Source: Octopus sinensis
Taxonomy: Eukaryota
NCBI RefSeq assembly: GCF_006345805.1
Contig: NC_043015.1
Coordinates: 48,484,001 to 48,548,000 of the forward strand
DNA length: 64,000 bases
Reading direction: 5' to 3'
Part shown: positions 49,801 through 61,145 of the stretch, piece by piece
How the letters are laid out: each line of letters begins with the position of its first letter
How positions within the stretch are numbered: the stretch's first letter is position 1
Notes under the pieces: model-generated
The model's database searches: none
What the model saw: the letters and a program-made list of their open reading frames with translations, nothing else
Told to the model about the DNA's origin: nothing
Made by a program: the position numbers and the translations under genes

Positions 49801-51889
49801 CCAATTTATTTGTAGTGCAGCTTGTCCTTGCTTGCCATCTCTCTGTGAGACCTTTTCAAGTTGCATTTCTTTTGATGTCAAACTAAGTAGGTCATGTAGA
49901 GAGAGAGAGAGAGAGATATTCTTTTGGTAATCAAAATAGGTTACTGGTCACAAGACAAAATATTCTTGTGCTACTCAAATGCAACAATAAATATGTATTA
50001 TTACACACATGTGAGTGAGAACACAGATATTTTTGGTATCTAACATATGTCAGATACTGCGAGCGCTGCTTCTGATTGGTCAATCCAGGGTGATGACCCG
50101 AGGTCACGGTGACAGCGCTGCTTCTGATTGGTCAATCCATGGTGATGACCTGAGGTCACGGTGATGGCACTACTTTTGTCATTCACAAGTTACAACTAAA
50201 TGTGAAGAATTTAGTTATTGGGCTAATAAAATATGGTCGTTTATTCGTGTGTAATAAAAATACCAAACTCATTCCCTATGGATACCGTATTTATTACAAC
50301 TCGTGGCTTGTAAACGTATCTAACGAGCGAAAGCGAGTTAGATACGTTTACAAGCCACTCATAATAAATACGGTATCCATAGGGAACTTGTTTGGTATTC
50401 TCTATTTCTAACCGAGTTGACACTACCTTCAAAGCTCAGGGGTGCAGGGTATGACTCCTGGGTATGACCTTAAACTCCATTTGGTAGTGAAACTCTGATT
50501 CAGGAGCTCTAGGTTTTGATGAATGTGGAGCTATCTCTTAGCCATTATTGTTCCAAAGTCTACTCTAATTCGGAGTAATAGCACATTGGGGCTTACCTAC
50601 CAATGCATGTTTAGAGTGGATTCGGTGCATTCTGCAAGAGAAACCTCATGGTTCAGTGGCTGCAACAATGCATTGTGGAGAACGAAGAACAAGATGAAGC
50701 AAGTAAGACATCTTGGTCATCCTTCTCCACCCTCAGTTGCCCTGACCTGGTCTAACCACTGGATTGAAGATGGTCACCAGTGGGAGAGTGTGGTTGCACA
50801 ACTCCACACAAGTTATCAGTCCTCCTTGGATAACTAGATAGTCCTTGTTGCTCTGATGGATGAACATGAGCTTAGGGGTCAATATCAGTAATATACAGTG
50901 CCAATATATAACCACACCTATACTATAATTGCCCTCAAATCTCATCAATGGAAACCTACTTGTCTTTAAAATAATGAAGGTAATATTTAGTGTTACAACA
51001 TCAATGCAAACATGAAATACAATTTTTACGAACCCACCTTCTCTCTCTTGATGGTGGATAGTAGGGGCTCTGTTGGGGACCTGATAAATTCTTCAGCTGT
51101 TGATCAATTTCTAATTTTTCTTGCCGTAACTGTTCCACTTCCTAAAATGAAAATATAAATTACCATTAACTGAGATGGCATCACTTCAAGAATCAAAACT
51201 CTGAATGGTTTACAATTAACGATATTTTTCAATTTGAAGACGTGTTCTTCTAGTTAACGATTTGCTTCACTGCAGTTATTTCTCCAACAAAATTTACACA
51301 TTCTAGAATTTATTTTATGTTTTACAATTTTCTAAAACTTAAAAAAGTAATTATATTTAGTCCAAGAGCCTCGCCTAGTTTAAGAACACCAAGCTTTGGA
51401 TTCTTTTAGCAGAGTTTACTCTCTTGCAAGCGTTCAGAAGAAGTCTCTGAATAACTTCTTCCCACCAGCCTAAACAACCCCAACACCCTCAAAGGGCTAT
51501 GAACACTGCCCTTTCATCTTTAACTAAGCAATTAAAAAAAATGTAGTTAGTCTTTTTCTTTCACATTCAATTTTCTATAATTCTAAATGTAATAATTTCC
51601 ATACTGTAGAATTCCCAAAAAAGAAAATACTGGTCTTTTGTTTCAGTCAGTCCTTGGACCAAAAGATTTATTCGACAGTCCAACAACCGTTAGAGACCAA
51701 GATTCATGCTGAGAAATGATTTCTTATCCTATCTCAAACGACAAAATCTTGAGTTTTAAAATAACACAACACTGTAATAATAGTATTAACAAATATACTT
51801 ACCCTTAAATGCGATAAATGAAATTCTAATAGAAGCTTTGCATTGCTTATGCTTTCTACAGTTCCTACAAAAATGAAAGGCACCTGACC
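37331..51889 (-). CDS. FMR1: Fragile X family RNA-binding protein (FMR1/FXR homolog), C-terminal 380 aa, 5'-partial; complement(join(37331..37854,41243..41347,42858..42884,44917..45090,48908..49029,51038..51141,51803..51889))
   Basis: Seven GT-AG exons in one continuous frame (1143 nt). [45 protein letters not shown] matches FMRP [45 protein letters not shown] (end of KH2 plus NES). Also present: SDWS acidic motif, RGG box and RRRTTDDEDTVL. Confidence 0.95.
38430..38645. mobile_element. piggyBac-type MITE copy (opposite orientation to copy 1)
   Basis: TTAA-CCCTTTAG...CTAAAGGG-TTAA; the interior is homologous to 21314-21533. Confidence 0.8.
39196..39414. mobile_element. piggyBac-type MITE copy
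   Basis: TTAA-CCCTTTAG...CTAAAGGG-TTAA; same family. Confidence 0.8.
39560..40470 (+). mobile_element. Decayed Tc1/mariner-superfamily transposase (maT/DD37D-like) in the last FMR1 intron
   Basis: Broken frames give KIVLKCF.KF...RQFRREVQTDP (HTH), TFKLNG, DNPH, YFKQDGVP and PPHSPDLS...GYLKD.VY.TKP, with many stops and frameshifts. Confidence 0.7.
40953..41115. mobile_element. Tc1/mariner-pogo-type MITE (TA TSD)
   Basis: TA-CCATATTTTAATGTGTATAAGGAACC ... GGTTCCTTATACACATTAAAATATGG-TA; perfect 26-bp TIR. Confidence 0.85.
41243..41347 (-). CDS. FMR1: FMR1-like exon: FXR-type acidic/basic motif
   Basis: ATATTTAG|GT...CAAG|GTTAGC; 105 nt, phase 1-1; AYDDDDIQDQRSRRRTTDDEDTVLDNASVNSQDQ, similar to FXR1 RRRRTDEDAVLMDG...SVN. 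Confidence 0.9.
41984..42204. mobile_element. piggyBac-type MITE copy
   Basis: TTAA-ACCTTTAG...CTAAAGGG-TTAA; same family. A further copy lacking its 5' TIR lies at about 28952-29146. Confidence 0.75.
42858..42884 (-). CDS. FMR1: FMR1-like 27-nt microexon
   Basis: TTTTTTATTGTAG|GCTGGTTATCTCACGACCCACATCAAG|GTATGT; phase 1-1, no stop, encodes (G)WLSHDPHQ. Confidence 0.7.
44365..44877 (+). mobile_element. SINE family C: ~60-bp internal tandem repeats, RTE-type 3' end and (ATG)n tail
   Basis: Ends ...GGCGTTAGGAAGGGCATCCAGC...GCTAGCATGGAAAGCAGACGTTAAACGACGATGATGATG. Other copies: - at about 13080-13275, 25640-26105, 38036-38200 and 40575-40850; + at about 10480-10700, 13740-13980, 26415-26776 and 54900-55210. 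Confidence 0.8.
44917..45090 (-). CDS. FMR1: FMR1-like exon: SDWS motif and RGG box
   Basis: TTTTAAAG|GT...TCAG|GTAAGT; 174 nt, phase 1-1; DDPLSPRPISDWSAEVVEEERRQAGYLTDSVLSGRGRGFKRGRGRGRGGNSNSARDS. Confidence 0.92.
47477..47706 (+). mobile_element. tRNA-derived SINE family B (Meta/MESC-like central domain), young copy with TSD
   Basis: AGGCGGCGAGCTGGCAGAA...GAGTTCAAATTCC...GACTTTGCCTTTCATCCTTTCGGGGTCGATAAATTAAGTACCAG. 11-bp TSD GGTATTTTGAA at 47466-47476 and 47707-47717. Other copies at about 1780-2240, 30065-30460, 45830-46195, 46810-46985 and 59570-59750. Confidence 0.85.
48908..49029 (-). CDS. FMR1: FMR1-like exon: RG-rich segment
   Basis: CTCCCAG|G...CAAG|GTAAGT; 122 nt; GSNDPYNDERRGRGPPMRGVRGMSRVGRRWANERHSGNNQ. 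Confidence 0.9.
49300..49597 (-). mobile_element. tRNA-headed repeat with a degenerate hammerhead-like core and a foldback-duplicated head
   Basis: Minus strand: tRNA-like head, AT spacer, then GACAC-CUGAUGA-A-GGCUG...CAGCC-AAAAC-GU. Inverted 47-bp arms at 49489-49535 and 49551-49597. Confidence 0.5.
50062..50165. repeat. 2 x 52-bp direct repeat
   Basis: AGCGCTGCTTCTGATTGGTCAATCCA.GGTGATGACC.GAGGTCACGGTGA at 50062 and 50114. Confidence 0.95.
50259..50399. repeat. 141-bp near-perfect palindrome
   Basis: Arms 50259-50328 and 50333-50399 around GAAA, with internal loops of 3x3, 6x3 and 2x2 nt. Confidence 0.92.
51038..51141 (-). CDS. FMR1: FMR1-like exon: nuclear export signal / coiled region
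   Basis: CATTTTAG|GAA...AG|GTGGGT; 104 nt; [34 protein letters not shown]. Confidence 0.95.
51803..51889 (-). CDS. FMR1: FMR1-like exon: end of KH2
   Basis: TTCTTCAG|GGT...AGG|GTAAGT; 87 nt, phase 0-0; [29 protein letters not shown]. Confidence 0.95.
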
Positions 51890-52769
51890 CTGAAGAATAA
51901 AAAAAAAAAAAATTATTTCTTAAAGACAAAAACCTATAAATCGGCATACAGTAACTATTGCATTTATTCTTGTAACATTTTAAAACAAAGCAATACCTCT
52001 AAAGCAGATAACCTACCAATAACGACAAAAATAGCAGCCCTCACTATCACTAAATGGTATGTATTTTTCTATAGGTTAAAATAAATCATCTAAAGTATCA
52101 ACTCTTCTCGATTAGGTGCAACTTTCATCCAGCCCAACTACATTGGCAATATTGTGTTCTTATAAACAAAATAAAATACTGACTCCAATAGAAAGGGACC
52201 AAGTACTCATGTCTACGATTAACTGACAAAGGAAAAGCCTGAAGACTGGAAATTGATGCAGTGCATATTGAAATCTTCAAGTTAAATATTTGTAAATAAA
52301 GATGTACCCCATTATTATTGTCTGGAATTATTTCTGCATCCACAATCTCAGCAAGCTTTTTTGTGGGTCAAGTTTCTCATCAGCACAAATGTCTCAGATG
52401 TACGTGAACTATTCATCAACTGGAAAACTGATGACAACGTTCAGTTTACAACTAAACATTAATAGTCCTTCATTTCATTATTGATGAATTTAATTCAAGA
52501 GTTCAAAGTTCCAGCATTATATTTTCTGAAATTCCTCAACCAATTCTTCATCCATCCTTGTTGAAATTGTATTTTCCAAAATAATGCTTCAATAACAAAG
52601 CCCTTCTGATATATCTGGGAATTAAGTTTGCATCAAATTCGAACCCACCACCTCAAGTACAGAGGTAAATGCTTCATTAATAAATTTGCATGCTATCCCA
52701 CAAATGATAATTCTTTCCATATACTACAAAAACATTAGTAGCATCCCCAAAGTCCATTCCCTCCTCATC

Positions 52770-53110
52770 GTGGTGGGGACGCTGGCAACGGGTAGTGTCA
52801 GAGCTATGCCGTCAGGAACTTTGGTTCCTGGTAGGGCCACCCAAGGCGGATTGGTCTGACACCGAGTGGTATTAGGTCCACAACCTGGCAGACGGGGCTC
52901 TGGTGAAAATCCTCGGAGTGACTGCTTCGGCAACTGGTGGCTCCTTGGTCGTTCTGTCCTTACGTCTGCGGACAATCTGCGGCAAACAGGATGTCTCCAC
53001 ATGAGGGATTGTTGGGGACCACTTGTGAAATCCACATATTCCCACGAAACTTCTTCCATGAGTAGAAGCCGACTCAACTCACCCAGGGTGAATGTCGCCA
53101 CAAGTACAAG
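52770..53110 (-). mobile_element. RTE-clade LINE 5'UTR-like fragment (copy 1)
   Basis: Minus strand GTGGCCCTACCAGGAAC...CCTGACGGCATAGCTCT...CCCACCACGATGAGG resembles the RTE 5'UTR motif as I recall it. A second copy lies at 60850-61145 in the same orientation. Confidence 0.5.
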
Positions 53111-55329
53111 TAAGTAAGTAAGAACATTAGTGGCTTTACTATGTGGAACACAGTTTGGTAGAAGCTGCTTCAACAAAATTTCCTGTCAAACGATCAAATA
53201 GGATTCCAAGAGTCAGTACAAATATTTCATTAATAATAACCATACTTTTCTCAAGCTGCTATCATCAGCAACTATAAACTTTTAATTTTAAAAAAGTTAT
53301 TGATTTTCCAAATGGTCTATTTATCGTTTGTTGATTCTTGATTCTTGTCATCGTCATTGTCTGTGCCCAGTGCAGTGATAAAATACAACAATGACCAACA
53401 GGGTTTTAACCATCAACACGATCCAGTTGAAGCAAAGTTTAACGCTAAGTTAAAGGAGCCAATAATATTTCTATTGAAGATGGCTAAAAAACCGAACAAT
53501 TCTTGGAACAAAACTTGGAATTACAATGTTTAACGCTCAAGTATGATGACAGTATTGATTGTCAACATCATCTGCTGGATCATTCTTCAATGGCATTATT
53601 TCAAAGGATTCTTTACTGCTGCTGCCTGATCTAAAAATATATCTCTATACAGCAGCAATTTCTGGCGTCCATTTTGCTAAGCTTTCACATTAATGGCAAA
53701 CAACTAATTATTAATTTGCCAGTGCATTATGTGTTGCTATAAGAGATTAGCTTGTTCTGTCTAAATGTTTATGTCCAAGTTTGGTTTAATATTTCCATTA
53801 GAATTTACCATCATCATCATCATCTTCTTCAGCATCATGCTTAATAGGTATGAGCAGCACTGGTGGTGTTTGCTCAGTCTTCACTATTCACAGTAAATGA
53901 ATTACTTGCAATAAGCAGCATGGATTAAATGGTTTGACAGGATCCAACAGGTCTGTGAATTGCATCATGCTTCAATGTCTGCTTTGGTGGTGTTTCAACT
54001 GTTAGATGTCCTTTCTAACACCAACCACTTTATTGGGTACATTTTCTATAGCATCACCACTAGCGAAGTCCATGCAGCTTCAAAACTAAGATCCTCTTCG
54101 ATGGGTGGGGCTACAGTAAGGAGGGGAAGTGGCTTTATGCTACGAGATGAGAGGTTAAAATGCGAGAGAAGAGGCAAGAGCAGAACAGGTTTCTTCCAGT
54201 AGAGCAGCTAGAAAGAGATGAAAATAGTGGCTGGCAAGGTTTCAGAGTGGATCCTCAAGGTACGTGATGAATAAAAGTGAGTGGGACAGAACAGGGTGTG
54301 TGGGCAGGTAGGGGTTGCATAATTGTATGGGAGAATAAAAGACGGTGAGAGATGGAGAAAAGCTAAGGGGGTAAATATAAAGAATGAAGAACAAGTAGGG
54401 AAGAGTAGGTGACAACTGTAAAAAAATGGGTAGGACTGAGGGGTGTATGTAGTGAATGTTTGATAAGGGTGACGAATCATACATGAGATGGGGAGACGGA
54501 GAGAGAATGATGTGGTGGTGGTGGGTAGGTTGCAAATTTTTGATGGAATGAGAGGCAAGTGTAGTACATGGGGAGGGTGAGAGATGTATTGTGGTGGGGA
54601 AGGATGATCAATATAAAATGTGAGTGGAGAGAATAGTATGAAGAATGATCAATAGATATAAAGAGAAATGGTTCCAGGAGGTGAGAAAGATAAGTGGTAT
54701 AAGGGAAGAGCAGGTGAAGTATGTGGTTCTGCTCACAATTACTACAGCAAAATACTGCAGTTAGACAAAATCCAATTTGGGTAACCAAGTATCTCTTCTA
54801 CAGCAAAACACCTGTTTCTCTCCCTCTGCCATACTCTAATCTCTCATCACCTGGTACAAAGCCACCTTCTCCAATATCATTTCCTCTCAAAGGATCTTTG
54901 TCTTGCAAGTTACTTGGTGACCTTGCCGGTGCTGGTGTCACATAAAAAGCATTCAGTTCACCCTATAAAGTGATTGGCATTTGGAAGGGCATCCAGCTAT
55001 AAAAACCATGCTAAAACAGACCTCACCAGCACTGGTATCACATAAAAAAAAGCACCCAGGCCATTCTGTAAAGTGGTTGGCGCTAGGAACAGTATCCAGC
55101 TGTAAAACCATGCCATAACAGTGGAGCTCGGTGCAGTCCTCTGGCTTGTCAGTTGTTCCTGTCAAACTGTCCAACCCATGCCAACATGGGAAAACAGATG
55201 TTAAATGATGATACATATTGTGCTTCCAAAGTCTCAGTTTCACCAAGAACGGCGGGTCTTCTTGAGAAATGTAAACCATCAATCATCCTGATCCTTTGTC
55301 ATTTCCTCCACCATTAGGTTCAAGGACCT

Positions 55330-55830
55330 GGGATCAGCCTTCACCAGTTTGTCTCCTGTCTTCCTGGGTCTCCCTTTTCTGCAAGCTCCATCCAAATTAA
55401 GTGATCAGCACTTCTTTATACAGCTCTCCTCATTTATACACATCACATGTCCATACCAGCTGGTTCCTTTTTGCACATTGCACCTGATACCACTTATGCA
55501 CAGTTTTTCTATCAACACACTTGTACTTTAATGTTTATGTAAACTTATGTTGCACATCCAACAGACCAAGTTAGCTTAATTTCTTTCCAGTCTTCTCCTA
55601 CAGTCTTTTACCAATCTTCAAATGGAATTTATCATCATCAACATCAGTCTTCTACCCACAGTATTCAAAACCCGTATCTCACTACCATGCAGCATCACAA
55701 TTCTAACACAAGTATCATACAATCTGTCCTTCAGTCTGAGGAAAAAGACCTTTATTGTCAGCAGGTCTGAGTACTTTCCATCTGCTTTTATCCTGGCTAC
55801 TATAACTTTCAGAACAACAACCTCCCCTGC
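55330..55830 (-). mobile_element. RTE LINE 3' ORF relic
   Basis: Minus strand WYGHVMCINEESCIKKC*SLNLDGACRKGRPRKT is the RTE C-terminal motif. A similar relic lies at about 19480-19990. Confidence 0.6.
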
Positions 55831-56316
55831 AAAAAAATATCTAGATAAGAAAAACTATCAACTACGTCTAGTGAGCCATTTAGGTATTTAGGAGAATTTT
55901 ATAGTCTATTTTAATTTTTTTTCTATGATGACAATGATGTGGTTCAATATATCAAGAGAAAAATAAACAGGTAGATGAACCTAACACGTAGTGGATAGTA
56001 TATAAATTAATTCTATGTAAGAAAGTATTTCACACTTTGTTAGGTTGTAGATGTAATCCTTTTGTTGTCAGACTTGCAAGGTCTCTCAGTAGTGGTGGGG
56101 GCCATTGTTGCCCCAAAATTGCATTAGAACAAAATCAAATATAATTTTGTAAAATAGTAATATTATAAATCAATTTAAAATAGTAAATATCTATTTGATA
56201 TTATTTTGGTTTAAATGTTACAGTGTCTTTACCAATTTGATGTGACACTCATGAAATGAAAAAGTAGTCTTCAAGTCATGGCAATTTAAACACTAAATAG
56301 ACTAAAAAAAGATATA

Positions 56317-56522
56317 CAGTAATCCCTCGACTATCGCGGGTGCTACTTTCCAAGATCTCCCATAGTAATAATTAAAATCTAAAACAATATAAATACCACC
56401 TATCAGCTGCAGAAACCCAGATAAACTGAGGAGTCCGCAATATAAATTTACAGATTAGCCAGAAAAATCTGTGGTGTACTGAGTGCGCGGTAGGTGAACC
56501 GCGACATGGCCAGGGATTACTG
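56317..56522. mobile_element. Tigger/pogo-like MITE (TA TSD)
   Basis: TA-CAGTAATCCCTCGACTATCGCGG ... CCGCGACATGGCCAGGGATTACTG-TA. Confidence 0.8.
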
Positions 56523-59500
56523 TAAGTCTATTCTGCAGAAAGCAGTTTTTGCAACATCTACCATTGTTATTTTTCAAGGGAAATGGGTGTTTGCAAAAGT
56601 AATTTTAAGAGTAACACCACAATAGAAGTAAAGTTTTGTTGGTGCTTATACACAGCTTTTACTTAACTTAAAATTAAAACAAGATAACATGAGTTAAAGG
56701 CTGAAAGAAAGACAGTGCAAAACAACTTTGGAATAAACATTTTAAGATCCCTCCCTTAACTAGTAACATTCTATATCAGTTCTTTTAAGGTTCCCTTCCC
56801 TACACTGGTTAAGTATTAGAAAGTAGAAAATGAAAGTGGTTTGGTCATATAACACAACACCATATAACTTCTACTGAATAGTCATGCATGGACAAACTGA
56901 TGCAGGAAGACTACAAATGGGGTGGTTGAACAACACCAAAACAACAGACAAGGAGGATGGCAAGAAACAGGACTGGGTAAGATGGAGATGCTAGTTGCGT
57001 CTCCTGCTGTGCAGTCTAGGCTATCTATTTTGGGTTGGGGTTAACAATGCATTTGCACAAAAACCCATATTTTAAAGCACTACAAGTGTACATTGGTTAA
57101 CTTCTATTGCACTTAAGAACCCTTGTGTAGCCGGGAATCTTTTACAAATGATCAACTAATGCCATCACTGCTACCTTTGTCAGACAAAACTTGTTTAAAA
57201 TTTTTCCAATTATTATATAACCTAAACAGCTTTCTAAAATAAATATGGCTATAAATTTAATCCCTCTTTTTATCTGAGGTGTTCTTAATTTGGAATTATT
57301 TGGATATCTATCAGCTGGCATTATAAATCAATGGTTCACATGACGAGGGCAAAGAGAATTTCTGCGTATGTAAATTCTCTTAAAAAATGCCAGCATAAAA
57401 TGGTTAACCAAGAAATAATGAAAGTTCTATAGAGATTAAATTGACAAATATTGCACCAACTTTTTATTAAAAGCCAAAAATAACAGCCACTAGTCATCAA
57501 TTACTCATGAATAAAAGCCCCCTCCATCTTCATAACCATTGCAACTTAGAAAAAAAAAAAAAAAAGGGTTTTATTTACATCTATTTCCCCTCTATTAGCA
57601 CTAGCCTAATTTCCCAATATGACAGAATTTCCCATTTTAGACCATTTATACTTTTAATTTATAGAATTCTCAAAATTTCGCTTCTTTCTCCTTTGGTAGT
57701 TCTTTACCAAGTTAACATATTCTCATTATCTAAATCAATGCAACCAAGATTTTACATGTAAAGTTCGAGTGTAAAAACCTGACCACCACAACATCAGGTT
57801 CTAAAATTCATCCCAGTTCAAACCACTTATGATAATTTGACTCATTCACCTGTTCATAAGTATTCTATATCAGTATCAATAATATGTAATAAACTCTGAG
57901 GTTGAGCACATATACAGACCAATAATATTGTTGAATACAAAAGTTAACAACAAAACAAGGTTGAAATTTAAGGTACACTTCATGTACATATGAAAATCAT
58001 AAAATAATAATAATAATAATGATAAAAAGGTCTATGAAAGCCATTAAAGTCCACCAAATAAAATAAATGGAAGACCAAAGACAAGCACAAAACAATTCAT
58101 ACATCATTATCAACTCAGAAAACACTTTCACTCTGAAATTAATTAGATTGAGTGTATCTGACTTATCTAGAAATTGAGAATTTGCCTAGGAGATCTTATA
58201 AAGACTTCCAATCCAAGCTCATTTCTATTGATAATTCATAGTAACTACTGTATTTTCCAGCAGACAGATTTGGAATTTTTGCAGACCAAAATTTACAGCT
58301 CCAAAAGAGGAAGGTCAACTTATACAAGAGGACTTTGGAGAGATAGCGACGATGCTTGAATGTTTACATGATATATATGTCAACTTGTGTGCCAGAAAAT
58401 ATGGTACTTTTGTGTTCTCTCTTGTTTGTTTAGCTGATGTGTCATTAGTCCCGCAGGAGATAAAAGTGTGGTAGTAGACCTGATTAATTTAGGTAACTTT
58501 ATTCAGAAAAATCTCCGAAACAGAAGCCAACTTCGACAGGTTCATTGTATCTGAACTATTTGCATGTAAGAAAACCACATTGCTATGAAGAAACATGAAA
58601 TATTTGTACTAAAATCCTAATTTACAATATTGACCAAGTTGATATTCTTTATTGTAAATCACATGTAATTTGTTGAATGCCGCAATAAACTTAGAAGTTT
58701 GTATCACTGAAGGTCATTCTTTTTCAACAAACTTCAAACTTGATTTTAATTAATGATTATATTTACATTAAAATTAGGTTTCACAAGTAGACAGACCTTT
58801 GTCTGATAACATATCTATGCTCTAATTGCTCACACAGTAGCTGCGACTCAGTATACACACAATCTCTTTTTATACATTGGATCGTTAACCTCCTCTTGAC
58901 AATGTATATTCACAATATTTACACGTGTACAACATGTGGTATCATGGATAGAATGTTATTACACTTAGTTTAGAAATGAAATTCATAGCTAGACACCAGT
59001 TAGCGTGTTATATACACATCCAAGAATGACACACCTGATGACAAATGAAGATCAAACTAATGAAAACCAATAGTAGATATCAATCAATACAAGGTTAACA
59101 GAACAGAAAATTATAATTATTATTAACAAGTCATCTCATACATAAGAAATAATCATTAAATCATCAGCCTTTTCTAATTTTTAATCCTGCCTTTCTCAAC
59201 TGCGAATCCCAGATCTACTTCACCTAGTATTTCCAGCCTAGTCTCAAATCCATGTTTATCTTCTCTATCATCAACAATTGCAATCTCTTCAGTTAACTAT
59301 CAAGAAAAATATGTAATCTTCCTACAGTCACTACTAACCTTCCTTATTTTACCTCTCTCACATTCATATTCAACATACAATATACACTATTTTTCGCTAA
59401 CAGCTGCTATCCACGACCAGACACCAACTATATTTCATCCTGCATATCATCACACATCACATGAGAATACAAGAGTATTATTTCCTATATGTCTTCTACC

Positions 59501-60849
59501 CGAGGTCTGCATTATCACAAGCTCCTGTTTTCCAACTCACTATTTCTACTATAGACACAAGACCCGAAATTTTGGGGTAAGGGGATGCTAGTCAATTACA
59601 ATTGACCCCAGTGCTCAACTGGTACTTTTTTTATCGACCCTGAAAGGATGAATGACAAAGTTAACCTTGGAATTTATACTCAGAACACAAAGCCAGAAGA
59701 AATGCATTTTGTCTGGTGCAGTAGCAATTTTGAGCAGCTTACTGCCTTAACTTTCCGTCTAATAACGATGCCATAAAGAATAATTTGAATAACGATGTCC
59801 AAGAAAGAAACAAGCCACAATGGTTAATTATTCATATTCAGTCCTAACACAACTTCTTAAGTTGTAGTGAAAGTTTCAATTTATCAATTTTGCAGTCTAA
59901 TTTCTTTTTGATGGCAACTGTTGGCTACAAGTTACAAACAGACCAATTACTGTTTCACATGGTAAGAATAGCAAAATAGAGTCTGTAACTTGAAGCACAG
60001 CAAATCTTTGCTGTATGCATTCACATTTTTAGCTTTATTTTACTTTATTTCTAGGCTGTATGACAGTTTACAAACAACTTTACAGTATATTAATAAGTTA
60101 TAATCTACATACTTTGCAGTGTATTTATGTTACAGTCTATTTTCTTAAGTGTATAAATTCTGTAAAGAATATTGAATTTAAGTTATATTCTTTTCTACAT
60201 TGTGCTTTCAGCAAAAAGTCTGTGGCCATGACATGGTATTGCCAAAAAAAACAGTTATTTTTACATCCGTTTTATCAGTAGTAATATTTATTACTGAAAA
60301 TTATGTAAAAGTTTATAAAGTATTAGAAAGTTCTTTTTTTCTTTTTAACAAATGTGTTACAAATCTGTTTTGAGCTGAAGGACAGGTAGCCAGCTTATTC
60401 TATCAGTTGGTCATATGGAGTTTTCAAAAGAAACCAAAGAGGTGTTAAAGAATGTATGGAATATTTCATCATTAGAAATTACATTTTTTGTGGCTGCATC
60501 AACATTTTATAATATTGTGCACTCAATAAGGATGATTTAACATTAAAACTGCTAGAATGAATATTAAGCTGGGGAGAAGGTAGAAAAGTCTGTTTTGGAT
60601 TTTGTCTTCCTTGAGGGGACAGGGTAAGAAAGGTACATACACTTTTAAAACCAAGATTGCAATTGTTTTAGATGAGATATTTAGTTGCCAGAAAAATTTC
60701 TTTTATTATTGGCCACTCAAAAAATATTTTACGAATATAATTAATAACTTCTGGCAGGCAATTTTAGAGATGTAGTGCAACAATGTTGTCAGTGATGAGG
60801 TTGCAGTTTAGAGTGACTACCCTAAAGTTCAACCCCTCCTCAAAGCGGT

Positions 60850-61145
60850 AGGGTGGTGTAAATGGGCAGTGTCAGAGCTATGCCGTCGGGAACTTCGGTT
60901 CTTGGTAGGGCCACCCAAGGCGGATTGGTCAGGCACTGAGCGGTATTAGGGCTGCAGCCTGGCCAATGGGGCTCTGGTGAAAATTCCAGAGGCGTCTGAT
61001 CGGCAACCGGCGGCTTCGAGGTCGTTCTGTCACTCGGGATATGCATGCGGGATGTCGGGGACCGCTTGTGAATTCAATATTCCCACGAAACTTCTCAGAT
61101 AAGAAGCCGGCTCAACCTGCCCTGGGTGAATGCCATCACAAGTAA
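60850..61145 (-). mobile_element. RTE-clade LINE 5'UTR-like fragment (copy 2)
   Basis: Clearly homologous to 52770-53110 (GTGTCAGAGCTATGCCGTC...GGGCCACCCAAGGCGGATTGGTC). Confidence 0.55.

Noticed and set aside
50090-50128. GTGATGA...CTGA as a C/D snoRNA
   Set aside because: About 38 nt is too short, it is antisense to the host gene, and it is explained by the 52-bp duplication.
50202-50432. Similar peptides encoded on both strands
   Set aside because: This is a consequence of the palindrome, not two genes.
37331-51889. Initial idea that the RG-rich gene is CHTOP or another GAR protein
   Set aside because: The VPFIFVG and LRQEKLEID exons identify the fragile-X family.
52724-53176. 150-aa minus-strand ORF
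   Set aside because: It lies within a repeat whose second copy (60850-61145) keeps only part of the frame; it is more likely a LINE 5'UTR.
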